Part shown: positions 6,895 to 15,496 of the stretch, one piece after another | Position numbering within the stretch: position 1 is the stretch's first letter | Layout of the letters: each line of letters opens with the position of its first letter | Made by a program: the position numbers and the translations under genes | From: a virus | DNA: 52,208 nt | Direction: 5' to 3' (one strand) | Virus record (IMG/VR): IMGVR_UViG_3300030330_006035 | Coordinates: 1-52,208 of that record | The notes under the pieces: generated by a model | The model's database searches: none | What the model was told of the DNA's origin: nothing | What the model saw: the letters and a program-made list of their open reading frames with translations, nothing else

Positions 6895-7531
6895 TCACCG
6901 TGATTGCACTGAATGCGAGCTGCATATGCAGGCCCCTGGTGTGCCAAAGTCTATTGGCATCGGGGCGCGTCGGCTCGGTCTCGAGCCGCCTGCTCCCGCT
7001 GTTGTATACATCGGCAGGAACCCTGGCTACAACGAGGATGATCAAGGTCACCCCTTTGTAGGTAAGTCAGGCAAACTCCTGCATGCTGTGTACATAGACG
7101 GCATCAACCTGCGTGAACGCGCAACTATCTACCTCATGAATGGTGTGCGTTGCTACACAATCAAGGACGAACCTCCCAAGGCACGCCACTGGAAAGCATG
7201 CATGCCCTACTCTATCCAAGAACTCGAACAGATAAAGGAACAACATGACAGAGTTGGAGTTGTATTACTGGGTGGGGATTGTACTTCTCATGGGTATCGT
7301 CATATGCTCGGAGTTAAAGGAATGAATCTGACCAAGGGCATCAATAACAATGGAGATACCCACAATGATGTGACAGTCTTTTCAACCTACCACCCTTCTG
7401 CGGTACTGCGTGATCCAAACTACATCAACGCAGTCCACGACCACAATGGCTTGATCTCCGCATGGCTCGACGGAGTAATGGCAGTACCATCAGAGCCAAA
7501 CATAATTCAACCGAGGATACCCCATGTCTGA
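6866..7531 (+). CDS. Uracil-DNA glycosylase, family 4.
   Basis: CTECELH...IGRNPGYNEDDQGHPFVGKSGKLL...STYHPSAVLR matches UDG family-4 motifs (GE.PG..ED..G.PF.G.aG.lL; HPS). TTG start at 6866. Confidence 0.8.
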   Translation: MTTTLTVLSDHRDCTECELHMQAPGVPKSIGIGARRLGLEPPAPAVVYIGRNPGYNEDDQGHPFVGKSGKLLHAVYIDGINLRERATIYLMNGVRCYTIKDEPPKARHWKACMPYSIQELEQIKEQHDRVGVVLLGGDCTSHGYRHMLGVKGMNLTKGINNNGDTHNDVTVFSTYHPSAVLRDPNYINAVHDHNGLISAWLDGVMAVPSEPNIIQPRIPHV

Positions 7532-7871
7532 TTTGAAAAAGAAATACGAGGTTATGGACTACCTCAAACGTAACAAGTCCAAGTTCTCTCACGCTTCTAT
7601 CCGCGTTGTATGCGAAGAAGTGAACACCATGTTCGATGTCCTGTACAGCCAGTACGTAATGCGTAAGATGATGGAAGCTGCAGGCGTTGCACTCAGACGG
7701 AACTCAATGAAGAAGGTGTCTATCTCTGAGATGGCCGAGGCTGTGAACTCTATCAAGATCGACCCTCCGTCCAACAAAGATCTCAAAGATCAACTCGATC
7801 ACATGGAGAAGAAGCTTGACTTTGTCTGCGACTTTATCCAATATGCAAAGACCGGTGAAGTACCCCAGTGA
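7524..7871 (+). CDS. Hypothetical protein (115 aa).
   Basis: ORF coupled on both sides (ATGTCTGA upstream, GTGA downstream). Confidence 0.6.
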   Translation: MSDLKKKYEVMDYLKRNKSKFSHASIRVVCEEVNTMFDVLYSQYVMRKMMEAAGVALRRNSMKKVSISEMAEAVNSIKIDPPSNKDLKDQLDHMEKKLDFVCDFIQYAKTGEVPQ

Positions 7872-10114
7872 CTGACTCAACCACCATATCCTTGGACATC
7901 GAGACGTACGGTGCTTGCACCGTGAACGCTGAAGGCACGCCGCTCCCTGTGCAGACAGTGTTCCATCCTCGCCGGTCTCTGCTGACGGATGGCGTCTCGT
8001 CCAAGGATCTGGTGTTGACAGTCTCGATCACTATGGTGTCCCCTCATAAGGCGGCGGGTGACTGGAATCTGCAAGCTCTTGCAGATGCACAAGCCGGGGA
8101 CACCATGGTTTTTGAACTGCACCGCAGCGAACACCGTCACCGCCTCAGGCAGTGGCTGTTCCATGTGGACACCATCATTGGTATGAACCTGCAGTTCGAC
8201 ATCCAATACCTACGTGCTCTCAATGATTTCAAGTTCGCACTCAACGGTCGCCACCAACTCATCGACCTGTCTGTGCTGAACTATCTGCATGACGAGACAC
8301 GACCCGAGCGATCGCTCAAGTCACTCGGACCTATCCTCCGCACTCACTCGTACGAGGCGGAGCAGACTCTTAAACACACACGCTTTGGATCTCCCTCGGA
8401 TCCCAAGCTTCTCCACTACAATGCGCAAGACACGCACAACACCTTGCTCGCCTGCCAAGAACTGGCACGTCGTATACAACGGGACTTCGGAACCACCACC
8501 AAAGCTTCCGCCGACTGCCTTCGGTTTTATTCTGACACCATCTGGTCTTGCATCAGGATGTCAGAGTCGGGCATCCCCATGGATAGAAATGCCATCCAAT
8601 CCCTAGAGTCGAACCTCATGGCTAACGCCTCCGAGGCAGTTCATAAGGCAAGAGATCGCGGACTAATCCTCGAAGGGGAGGGCTCGGGCAAGAGCAAGGA
8701 AGAGTTCATGTCTGCCGTAGTGGGGGAGCTTGGGATTCAAGATGATCCAAGGCTACAACTAACACCCAAGCAGGGGCTGATCAGCTTCTGTGAAGAGAAC
8801 AGGAAATTACTATGCTCGATGCTACCCCTGGATTCACCCCATCAGGAGATCCTTGCCCATGCTGCAACCCACAGCAAAGCCCAGAAGTTAGTGGGCAGTT
8901 ACTGTTTCCCTTTGCTGAGGCATCGGAGGAATTTCCCCACACAGATGGGTTCAGTCCTGCTGAGATCGCAGTGTTCAACGCCCACATGCGCACAATCGAC
9001 CTCGGATTTGACCTATCCAACATGGTTCGTGACCCCGAGTCCGGCGAAGGACGGCCAGGGTGACGCCGGTGGTACGAAGCAGGGCCGCATTACATGCAAA
9101 GGACCGAGTGCTCAGACGTTCCCTCGACCCATCAAGGCGTGTATCCAAAGCCGTTGGTGGGAGCATGGGGCGATCGTATCATTCGACCTCAGCCAGATTG
9201 AGCTGCGCGTTGCGGCACTACTCTCAGGCGACACGTCCCTATCCGCTGCATACAACGACAGCTTAGACTTGCACACCGATCGTGCAGTGTCTATCTTTGG
9301 CACCGCAGCATTGGAAGCCAAGTACGGCATGCTGTTTCATGACAACCCCGACTTCAAAGGACACGAAAGACAATGCGGCAAGAGGACGAATTTCGCAGAC
9401 TTGTTCAGATCTTCTGCACCCACCATGAAATCAGCGATGATGGAGGACACGGGGATCGACTTTCCGATGAGCGTCTTCGAGAAGATCGTGGCGGACAGAC
9501 CGAAGATCAGACCGGGACTATGGTCATGGCAGGAAGAGATGCTAAAGCTAGCGGAGAAGCAGGGTTACGTGGAGCTGCCGATCACTGGGCAATCAAGGTA
9601 CTTCGTAGGTTTCTCAAAGACCGACCGCCAGTCGGAAGCAAAGAACCAGCTCAACGAGATCATCAACTTCCCAATTCAAACGACAGCAGGTAACACACTG
9701 CTCAACATCCAGCATGAACTTCACCGGTCTCTCCCTGAACTCAACAGCCGGGAGCCCTGGGCATACATGTTCCTAAATATTTACGACGCGGTATACTTCG
9801 ACTGCAAGTTAGACCGTGTCTCAGAGCTCGAGCAGTTGATTGATAATGCAGTACGTGAAGTTGTTGAACGTGGGTATTGGGCAAGACTGCAAGAACTCTA
9901 CGGTCGTGAAATACCAGTGGAGTTTGATGTAGATGTATGCCAAGGATCCGAGCGTGGTGCAACGCCAACAAGTAATGACGAACCTTCTAGTGGACCATGG
10001 ACTGTCGATAGCGGAAGTGGCCACCCGAGTGGGCCTTTCGAAGAAGCGAGTCTATTCGTTCGCAAGGTCCAGGAGTCTTCCATACAATCGACCTGTGAAG
10101 CAGGGGGGCCGTAA
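7868..10114 (+). CDS. Family-A (Pol I-like) DNA polymerase with a 3'-5' exonuclease domain.
   Basis: Exo motifs: SLDIETYG, GMNLQFDIQYL, YNAQDTHN. Pol motif A SFDLSQIELRVAALLSGD, motif B RQCGKRTNFADLF, motif C LNIYDAVYFD. The conserved part appears to end near 9935. The last ~60 codons are low-complexity and overlap the ORF at 9933. Confidence 0.9.
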   Translation: MTDSTTISLDIETYGACTVNAEGTPLPVQTVFHPRRSLLTDGVSSKDLVLTVSITMVSPHKAAGDWNLQALADAQAGDTMVFELHRSEHRHRLRQWLFHVDTIIGMNLQFDIQYLRALNDFKFALNGRHQLIDLSVLNYLHDETRPERSLKSLGPILRTHSYEAEQTLKHTRFGSPSDPKLLHYNAQDTHNTLLACQELARRIQRDFGTTTKASADCLRFYSDTIWSCIRMSESGIPMDRNAIQSLESNLMANASEAVHKARDRGLILEGEGSGKSKEEFMSAVVGELGIQDDPRLQLTPKQGLISFCEENRKLLCSMLPLDSPHQEILAHAATHSKAQKLVGSYCFPLLRHRRNFPTQMGSVLLRSQCSTPTCAQSTSDLTYPTWFVTPSPAKDGQGDAGGTKQGRITCKGPSAQTFPRPIKACIQSRWWEHGAIVSFDLSQIELRVAALLSGDTSLSAAYNDSLDLHTDRAVSIFGTAALEAKYGMLFHDNPDFKGHERQCGKRTNFADLFRSSAPTMKSAMMEDTGIDFPMSVFEKIVADRPKIRPGLWSWQEEMLKLAEKQGYVELPITGQSRYFVGFSKTDRQSEAKNQLNEIINFPIQTTAGNTLLNIQHELHRSLPELNSREPWAYMFLNIYDAVYFDCKLDRVSELEQLIDNAVREVVERGYWARLQELYGREIPVEFDVDVCQGSERGATPTSNDEPSSGPWTVDSGSGHPSGPFEEASLFVRKVQESSIQSTCEAGGP

Positions 10115-10304
10115 GGAAGCACAGATCCTCCGTATGTTGGCACTCGGCCACGTAGTTGAGGATATCGGCACGGCTTTTGATATGGCCGTACCCGCAGTTG
10201 AGAATGTGATACGCTCTGCACGTGCAGCGCAAGTATGTGATAGTGCAGGACACACGCGAGAAGCTACCCCTTCTGTTCCCCAAGCGACTGGTGATGCTAG
10301 ATGA
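9933..10304 (+). CDS. DNA-binding protein with two helix-turn-helix units (123 aa; the start could be ATG 9975).
   Basis: LSIAEVATRVGLSKKRVYSFAR and VVEDIGTAFDMAVPAVENVIRSAR look like HTH / sigma region-4-type motifs. It lies in the +1 frame relative to the polymerase. Confidence 0.55.
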   Translation: MYAKDPSVVQRQQVMTNLLVDHGLSIAEVATRVGLSKKRVYSFARSRSLPYNRPVKQGGRKEAQILRMLALGHVVEDIGTAFDMAVPAVENVIRSARAAQVCDSAGHTREATPSVPQATGDAR

Positions 10305-10719
10305 CACGCGACCAGCCCCCGAAAAGAAGTCGGTCACTGTCGAAGTACACACGGTCAGGCAAAAGCTACAGACTGGGGACTACATTCTCTCTGGGGCCGA
10401 ATCAACGTGCATCATTGAAAGGAAAGGGTCGCTACTTGAGATCTCAAAAAACTGTCTCCACGGAGGCGACAGGAAAAGATTTGTACGCGAACTTGTTCGC
10501 CTCAGGGAAGAGACGTCACATCCCGTGCTGGTCCTTGAAGGCTCGCCTGCACAACTATTGGATCAAGCTGAAGGGTCTCTTGCGGTTGACGCGTTGATCC
10601 GACTATTACAGGAGTACGGTTGCGAGCTATTGCTGCTGCCGTCAGGTATTGCGAAACATCGGCGTGCCCTGGGTGAATGGGTAGCTCGCCTACTAATTAA
10701 TAGGACTCTCCATGACTGA
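10222..10719 (+). CDS. ERCC4 (XPF/Mus81/Hef)-type nuclease, a likely junction- or flap-resolving enzyme.
   Basis: VQDTREK ... GDYIL ... IERKGSLLEI matches the ERCC4 signature (D-x-R-E, GDY, ERKxxxD/E). Confidence 0.7.
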   Translation: MQRKYVIVQDTREKLPLLFPKRLVMLDDTRPAPEKKSVTVEVHTVRQKLQTGDYILSGAESTCIIERKGSLLEISKNCLHGGDRKRFVRELVRLREETSHPVLVLEGSPAQLLDQAEGSLAVDALIRLLQEYGCELLLLPSGIAKHRRALGEWVARLLINRTLHD

Positions 10720-11437
10720 TACCAAACCAGTATACCGAAGCCACATGGTGGGCAATCGGTTTCCTCAGTTCTCCGGCACCGGAGGATCTGTAGGCTCAGC
10801 CCCGTTTGTGATGAACACCGACATCAGCACTGTCACCGCAGATGATGAGTCAGAACTTCGAGACCCCTGGTCTATCTCATCAGGCGGAGTCAGTGATGCT
10901 GGCGTGGCCAACATCGTACCTATCTCTATCCCGCCAGAGTACAACCGGCTGGAGATCTGGGTGGCTGCACAGGCAGACTTGGATAGCAACACGCCTCCAG
11001 TCTTGAGCTTGTATGGCAGAACTCATGTACCTGCAGGCGCTCTGGATGGCATGCCTCATGCCTATGACGGAACCAACTACCCTCTGATTACTGAGTGGTG
11101 GACTCCTCTTACCTTTGTTGATCGTGCAGTAGACCGGCTCGGAACCACTGGCGCAATGGACGAGGTGGGTGCGGGTATTCCTATTGCTGCTGTGGGTAAC
11201 AACGCAGGCGAGGCCAACTCAACTGGTTCGTACAACATGCAGGCTGTGGAGTTCAAGCTGAACTACCGACCAGTTCCCATGCTGGCCAACACCGCCTCCG
11301 AGTTTGTGTCTCAGTTCGGCACCGACTTCTTCTGCAGCCCAAGCACCAGCGTGTTCCTGGACGGATGCGACCAGGTGCTGGCAGTTGTTAAGACTGCAGG
11401 CACGGGCGGCATGCTAATGGGTAGGTTGCACGGATGA
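10712..11437 (+). CDS. Hypothetical protein (241 aa).
   Basis: ORF coupled to its neighbours (8-nt overlap upstream, ATGA downstream). Confidence 0.6.
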   Translation: MTDTKPVYRSHMVGNRFPQFSGTGGSVGSAPFVMNTDISTVTADDESELRDPWSISSGGVSDAGVANIVPISIPPEYNRLEIWVAAQADLDSNTPPVLSLYGRTHVPAGALDGMPHAYDGTNYPLITEWWTPLTFVDRAVDRLGTTGAMDEVGAGIPIAAVGNNAGEANSTGSYNMQAVEFKLNYRPVPMLANTASEFVSQFGTDFFCSPSTSVFLDGCDQVLAVVKTAGTGGMLMGRLHG

Positions 11438-11541
11438 AGTACAGCGACAAGAAAAAGAAAGCAGTCAAGGCAGTTTCCAAGGGAAGAACAAAGAGATCTT
11501 CTCGTCCACGCAAAATGAAAAAGGCAGTCAAAGGAGGTTGA
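11434..11541 (+). CDS. Tiny highly basic peptide (35 aa), MKYSDKKKKAVKAVSKGRTKRSSRPRKMKKAVKGG.
   Basis: Hand-translated because it is below the ORF-track cutoff. ATGA overlap with the upstream stop. Confidence 0.5.
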   Translation: MKYSDKKKKAVKAVSKGRTKRSSRPRKMKKAVKGG

Positions 11542-11542
11542 C

Positions 11543-11680
11543 ATGAAGAAGAAGAAAGCAAAAAAAGTAGCCGCTCGTCGTGGTAGAGCAGCAAAGCCTT
11601 CACGTGGACGAGCAGCTAAGCGAGGCATTGTCGTCAACCTTGGCGGTGGTGGTGGCGGTGGCCGTGGCGGAAAGCCATGA
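11543..11680 (+). CDS. Tiny highly basic peptide (45 aa), MKKKKAKKVAARRGRAAKPSRGRAAKRGIVVNLGGGGGGGRGGKP.
   Basis: Hand-translated. Strong RBS AAGGAGG at 11531-11537. ATGA overlap with the next ORF. Confidence 0.6.
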   Translation: MKKKKAKKVAARRGRAAKPSRGRAAKRGIVVNLGGGGGGGRGGKP

Positions 11681-11877
11681 CATTCGAAGACGCACTGCCC
11701 GTATTGAATGTGATAGTTCTGGTGGCCGGTGCCGTCTGGTCTGTTGCTAAGATCACTGCTGCGGTGACCACACTGACAGCATCTGTCAATCGGCTTGAGC
11801 AATCAGTCGACAAGATGGAGCGACGTCTATGCGATCACGAGACGCGCTTGTCGCACTTGGAAGCCTCGCGCTCCTGA
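11677..11877 (+). CDS. Small membrane protein (66 aa) with one TM helix and a coiled-coil tail.
   Basis: TM helix VLNVIVLVAGAVWSVAKI followed by LTASVNRLEQSVDKMERRL. Confidence 0.6.
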   Translation: MTFEDALPVLNVIVLVAGAVWSVAKITAAVTTLTASVNRLEQSVDKMERRLCDHETRLSHLEASRS

Positions 11878-12332
11878 GTTGTGCCACAAGGATTGCTAGC
11901 GTAGGAGATAGACCCGCCCTACCTCCAGGGTGGGTTCCTCCATTGGAGGGTCCTCAGGACCCGGCACTCAGCCCCCTAACTTGGGTGGGGGGCGTGTCGA
12001 TACTGGGCGGAATTATTCTCATGACTGTGACCCGCTTCCTGGGATTACCGGTACGAGGAGCGATCCCGCTGCTCGCGGGGATCGCTCTCGTGGTGGGAGC
12101 TTGGGCATTACAAATGTATGCCGACATTGCTATATTGCCGATTGCCATCACCAGCGGGGTGGTGGGATCCCTGGCTGTGATAGCCAGCGCACGAAAACTA
12201 TTCAAGGAACAACAATGGACTCTATTCAAGACACCTTCAACGCCTTCTTCGCCAGCACCGGAGCGTGGTTCTTCTTCTACGTACTCGGTGCTCTCACTGG
12301 ATCGACCGTCGCAGGATGGCTCAAAGCGGTAG
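11829..12332 (+). CDS. Putative lipoprotein / polytopic membrane protein (167 aa).
   Basis: Signal-like N-terminus with the lipobox-like LALLSC, followed by three hydrophobic helices. The C-terminal ~40 codons overlap the ORF at 12215 and may not be genuine. Confidence 0.5.
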   Translation: MRSRDALVALGSLALLSCATRIASVGDRPALPPGWVPPLEGPQDPALSPLTWVGGVSILGGIILMTVTRFLGLPVRGAIPLLAGIALVVGAWALQMYADIAILPIAITSGVVGSLAVIASARKLFKEQQWTLFKTPSTPSSPAPERGSSSTYSVLSLDRPSQDGSKR

Positions 12333-12352
12333 TCGGCAAGCTGAAGGCCTAA
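12215..12352 (+). CDS. Small membrane protein (45 aa).
   Basis: MDSIQDTFNAFFASTGAWFFFYVLGALTGSTVAGWLKAVVGKLKA. It is the C-terminal part of ORF 11930-12352. AAGGAA lies upstream. Confidence 0.45.
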   Translation: MDSIQDTFNAFFASTGAWFFFYVLGALTGSTVAGWLKAVVGKLKA

Positions 12353-12353
12353 C

Positions 12354-13595
12354 ATGCCCCCGAATGTGCAGGAGATAAAACCCCCCGAAGGGTGGGGCGA
12401 GGATGCCGCACGCTGGTTGGAAGCGCACGGCATGGTGGCAGAGGTTCCAACAATTCGCTCATCGGACTACGAGTCTTGCTTGGGCAATCCGTTTGGTTAC
12501 TACCTGACGCGGCGCCTTGGACTGTCGGATGCACTCCGGTGGTCTGAGGCGCTGTCACGTGGGTCGTGGTTCCACAAGCGGTTCGAGTACTGGGACATTC
12601 CAGAAGAACAATCGAAGCCCATACTTGACGCAGCTATTGACTCGCGTAAGGAAGAACTCTCTGCCATGTGTGGTGAGTTGGGCATCCAGTCCGACGAACG
12701 TAAGAACATACTCGAACGTGAGGAGAAAGACTTCAAGGTAACAGAGGCGTGGTTCGAAGCCATCAAGGGTGAGCCCTTGCAGTGGATGAGCCAACCACAC
12801 TTCCGCTGCCTAGGCCAAGAGATCACAGGTATTTACAAGCATGACCGCTTCAAGGGATCCCCCTTGGTAGCACAGTTCGACAGCTTGTTGTACCACCGTG
12901 AGCAGAACACCTTGTGGGTGGTTGACCTCAAGACCTGTGCGGAGTCCCCCACTGACAGGCTGCAGACGGTAGGCATCGAGTTCCAAACTCAGCACTACAT
13001 GCACGTGGCCAACTACCTGTTGCAGGACGGTGTGCTTCAGAAGAAGTACGACCTACCGGAGGACTGCAGCTTGGGTGGCATGGCGCACATCGCTGTGCAA
13101 AAGCCCACGATCAACTTTGGTCTCAACGATCGTGACTTCCTTGAGGAAGAACACACGCTCAAATCTGGGCCCCGCAAGGGACAGATAGAGATCCGTCGCA
13201 AGTACCTGGGGGAACCCAGGTTCGAGAACTACGTAGCCCGATGCAAGCGTTGGTACGCAGGCGAGGGCGAGTACGAGAACAAGAAGGTTGATCGGGAGGA
13301 GAATCCCCCCGTCAATATTTCTTACACATACGGGAAGAATCTGCTTGACCCACACTTCGAGGCTGAGTACCTTGAGCGGGTCGCGCTGATCCATTCCTTG
13401 GCAACGCGTAGGGCATGGCCTGATCAGTTTCTCAAGAGTGCGAACGCCATTCGTTCTCATGGGAAGATCAGCCGGTTCGCACCGCTCTACCTTTGCCACC
13501 CAAAGGACTGGCCCACCATTGTCCAGGAGCTCAAACTGATTACCCTCCGACGGGATGAGCAAACACCCCTGGATAACACTGGACTGCATACTTAA
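12354..13595 (+). CDS. PD-(D/E)XK-family exonuclease (RecB / lambda-Exo / Cas4-like fold).
   Basis: AQFDSLLYH...LWVVDLKT...QTQHYMH fits the D...(D/E)xK...QxxxY arrangement of PD-(D/E)XK recombination nucleases. Confidence 0.6.
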   Translation: MPPNVQEIKPPEGWGEDAARWLEAHGMVAEVPTIRSSDYESCLGNPFGYYLTRRLGLSDALRWSEALSRGSWFHKRFEYWDIPEEQSKPILDAAIDSRKEELSAMCGELGIQSDERKNILEREEKDFKVTEAWFEAIKGEPLQWMSQPHFRCLGQEITGIYKHDRFKGSPLVAQFDSLLYHREQNTLWVVDLKTCAESPTDRLQTVGIEFQTQHYMHVANYLLQDGVLQKKYDLPEDCSLGGMAHIAVQKPTINFGLNDRDFLEEEHTLKSGPRKGQIEIRRKYLGEPRFENYVARCKRWYAGEGEYENKKVDREENPPVNISYTYGKNLLDPHFEAEYLERVALIHSLATRRAWPDQFLKSANAIRSHGKISRFAPLYLCHPKDWPTIVQELKLITLRRDEQTPLDNTGLHT

Positions 13596-13621
13596 CCTCC
13601 ACCAATGCAGTCTACCTTTCG

Positions 13622-13660
13622 CCGCACGCTCTCGCTTCGGGAGCGTGCGGTCTTCTCCCC
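13622..13660 (+). terminator. Terminator-like stem-loop.
   Basis: CCGCACGCTC pairs with GAGCGTGCGG (10-bp stem, 9-nt loop), followed by TCTTCTCCCC. Confidence 0.6.
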
Positions 13661-13687
13661 TATGGGACAACAACACTAATACTACAA

Positions 13688-14071
13688 ATGGAAACACAAA
13701 TGCCAACAAGAACAAACCCTTACGAATGGATCGAGGCAGAGATGCTAGCTCGAATCATTGGACCCAAAATTCAGGAAACCATCCGACGACGTGAGCCAAG
13801 CTCTGTTGCTGAAATGATTCGGCATATGGAGACTGACTACGGCATGGGCGGTGTCACTGGTGCACGCATGAAAGAGTGGCTCGACAAGTTGGGCTACGAA
13901 GTCAAGCAGCGTGTGGTGTTCGAGATCCCAGGCTCTGCAGCCGACGATCTGGTTCCACCACAACAAGACCATGAAGGCGGGTCCTTCAAGATCATCGAAG
14001 AAAACAATACCACTTACAACTACGCAAGCCGCCCCGTTCCTAACGTCGGCGGAATAGAAGGGACTCTATGA
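13688..14071 (+). CDS. Hypothetical protein (127 aa).
   Basis: ORF with an ATGA overlap with the next gene. Confidence 0.6.
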   Translation: METQMPTRTNPYEWIEAEMLARIIGPKIQETIRRREPSSVAEMIRHMETDYGMGGVTGARMKEWLDKLGYEVKQRVVFEIPGSAADDLVPPQQDHEGGSFKIIEENNTTYNYASRPVPNVGGIEGTL

Positions 14072-14988
14072 CACAAGTAGATCTACAACATGGGAACACC
14101 GCAGCACAGCGGTTCTCCCGACTAGGCGTGCAGAAGTCACGCATGATTACAGGCCCACGATCCATGTTTGCCATGGTCAGTGGACCCCCAGCCAGCGGCA
14201 AGACCAACTTCTTCATGGGTTGCGATGGCGCGTACATCATCAACCTCGATCAGGCATCTATGCCCGCTCGGGATCTGGACGACATCAAGTCAGGCGTATG
14301 GCCTGGCGTTGACGATGACGGTCAGTGCGTTGATGTGGACGGCAGCACCTTTACCCTCACGTGGGAGAAGATCCAAGAGAAGGTAGAAGTTCTCAAAGAG
14401 CTGGCTAAGAACAAAGAACCACGACCAGACATGGTTGTATTCGATACCCTCAGTGGCTTGCTCAACATTGCTACTGAGTACATCACCCGCAAGTCGGGTA
14501 AGAAGGACTTCAAGGAATTGGATGGCCGTCGTGCATACGACGATCTCTACTCCTTGATCCTGAACACTTGTCAAGACCTACGTCGTCACGGCTATGGGGT
14601 CTGGCTCATCTGTCACATCGTCAACAAAACGGTGCAGATTGGTGAGGACAGGTACGAGGAGCGACCACGGCTCACCATCACTGGTGGGTTCTGGCAGCGA
14701 CTCTTCTGGCAGTTGGAACTGTCGGCGGTGATCACCGCAGAGTGGGACGTCGAGACCATCGAGCGGGAGATCAAGACCGGACGAAAGGATGCCCAAGGTA
14801 ATGAGATCATCCGCAAACGTCCTGAGACTCAGAAGGTGAAGAAACACCACTTCACCATCAATCACCAAGATTACCTCGGCATTACCAAGGGGAAGATTGA
14901 CTTCTCCGACCTGCGTTTGACACGTGAGTCAGCGTGGGCACAGTTTGAATCAGCGTATACAGGAAACACATCTAATGATGAACAATGA
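14068..14988 (+). CDS. RecA-fold ATPase of AAA_24 / Sak4 type.
   Basis: Walker A MVSGPPASGKT and Walker B-like MVVFDTLSG. Typical size and context of phage Sak4-like recombination ATPases. Confidence 0.65.
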   Translation: MTQVDLQHGNTAAQRFSRLGVQKSRMITGPRSMFAMVSGPPASGKTNFFMGCDGAYIINLDQASMPARDLDDIKSGVWPGVDDDGQCVDVDGSTFTLTWEKIQEKVEVLKELAKNKEPRPDMVVFDTLSGLLNIATEYITRKSGKKDFKELDGRRAYDDLYSLILNTCQDLRRHGYGVWLICHIVNKTVQIGEDRYEERPRLTITGGFWQRLFWQLELSAVITAEWDVETIEREIKTGRKDAQGNEIIRKRPETQKVKKHHFTINHQDYLGITKGKIDFSDLRLTRESAWAQFESAYTGNTSNDEQ

Positions 14989-15496
14989 AACTAAGAATGC
15001 ATTTGCAAACATGCAGAACACTTTCGCCTCCGCAACTGCAGAGTCAGGCGGTGGCACCCCGTGGCCCAAAGCAGGTGACCATCAGTGCTACCTGATTGGT
15101 ATCCACACCGACACTGGTGAGTTCCGTCAGTCCGATGGACAGATGTTCCCATCAGCCACCATCCAGTTCGAGTACGAACTGTGTGATGACCCAGACCGTC
15201 CCAGCCCATTGCAGTGGCGTGGTGCAGTCTTCAACCTCCCAACCAACCCAGCACAGCTCGTGCTCGACGGCTCTAAGAAGCGTGCCGAGATCGAGATGAA
15301 CCGGTTGAAGGGACACCTCACTGTCCTTTTGGGCAGCGAACCAACCAACATGGTCGGTGCACTGGAGCAGGTATCTGCTATGATCCAGTCCGACCAGGCA
15401 GTTGTGTGCAACGTCCGGTGCAACTACCGCGAAGTCGGTGACCGCACCTACAAGACCGAGTACATCCGAGAGCTCCTCTCTGGCGCTGCCTCCTGA
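14975..15496 (+). CDS. Hypothetical protein (173 aa). An SSB-like role is suggested only by its position after the Sak4-like ATPase.
   Basis: ATG at 14975 or 14978 inside ORF 14924-15496. 14-nt overlap with the upstream gene. Confidence 0.55.
   Translation: MMNNETKNAFANMQNTFASATAESGGGTPWPKAGDHQCYLIGIHTDTGEFRQSDGQMFPSATIQFEYELCDDPDRPSPLQWRGAVFNLPTNPAQLVLDGSKKRAEIEMNRLKGHLTVLLGSEPTNMVGALEQVSAMIQSDQAVVCNVRCNYREVGDRTYKTEYIRELLSGAAS

Noticed and set aside
11311-11802. 163-aa minus-strand ORF with a PPPPPPP run.
   Set aside because: It is the antisense translation of the Gly-run and Lys-rich codons of the two basic plus-strand peptides, and it runs against the early-arm orientation.
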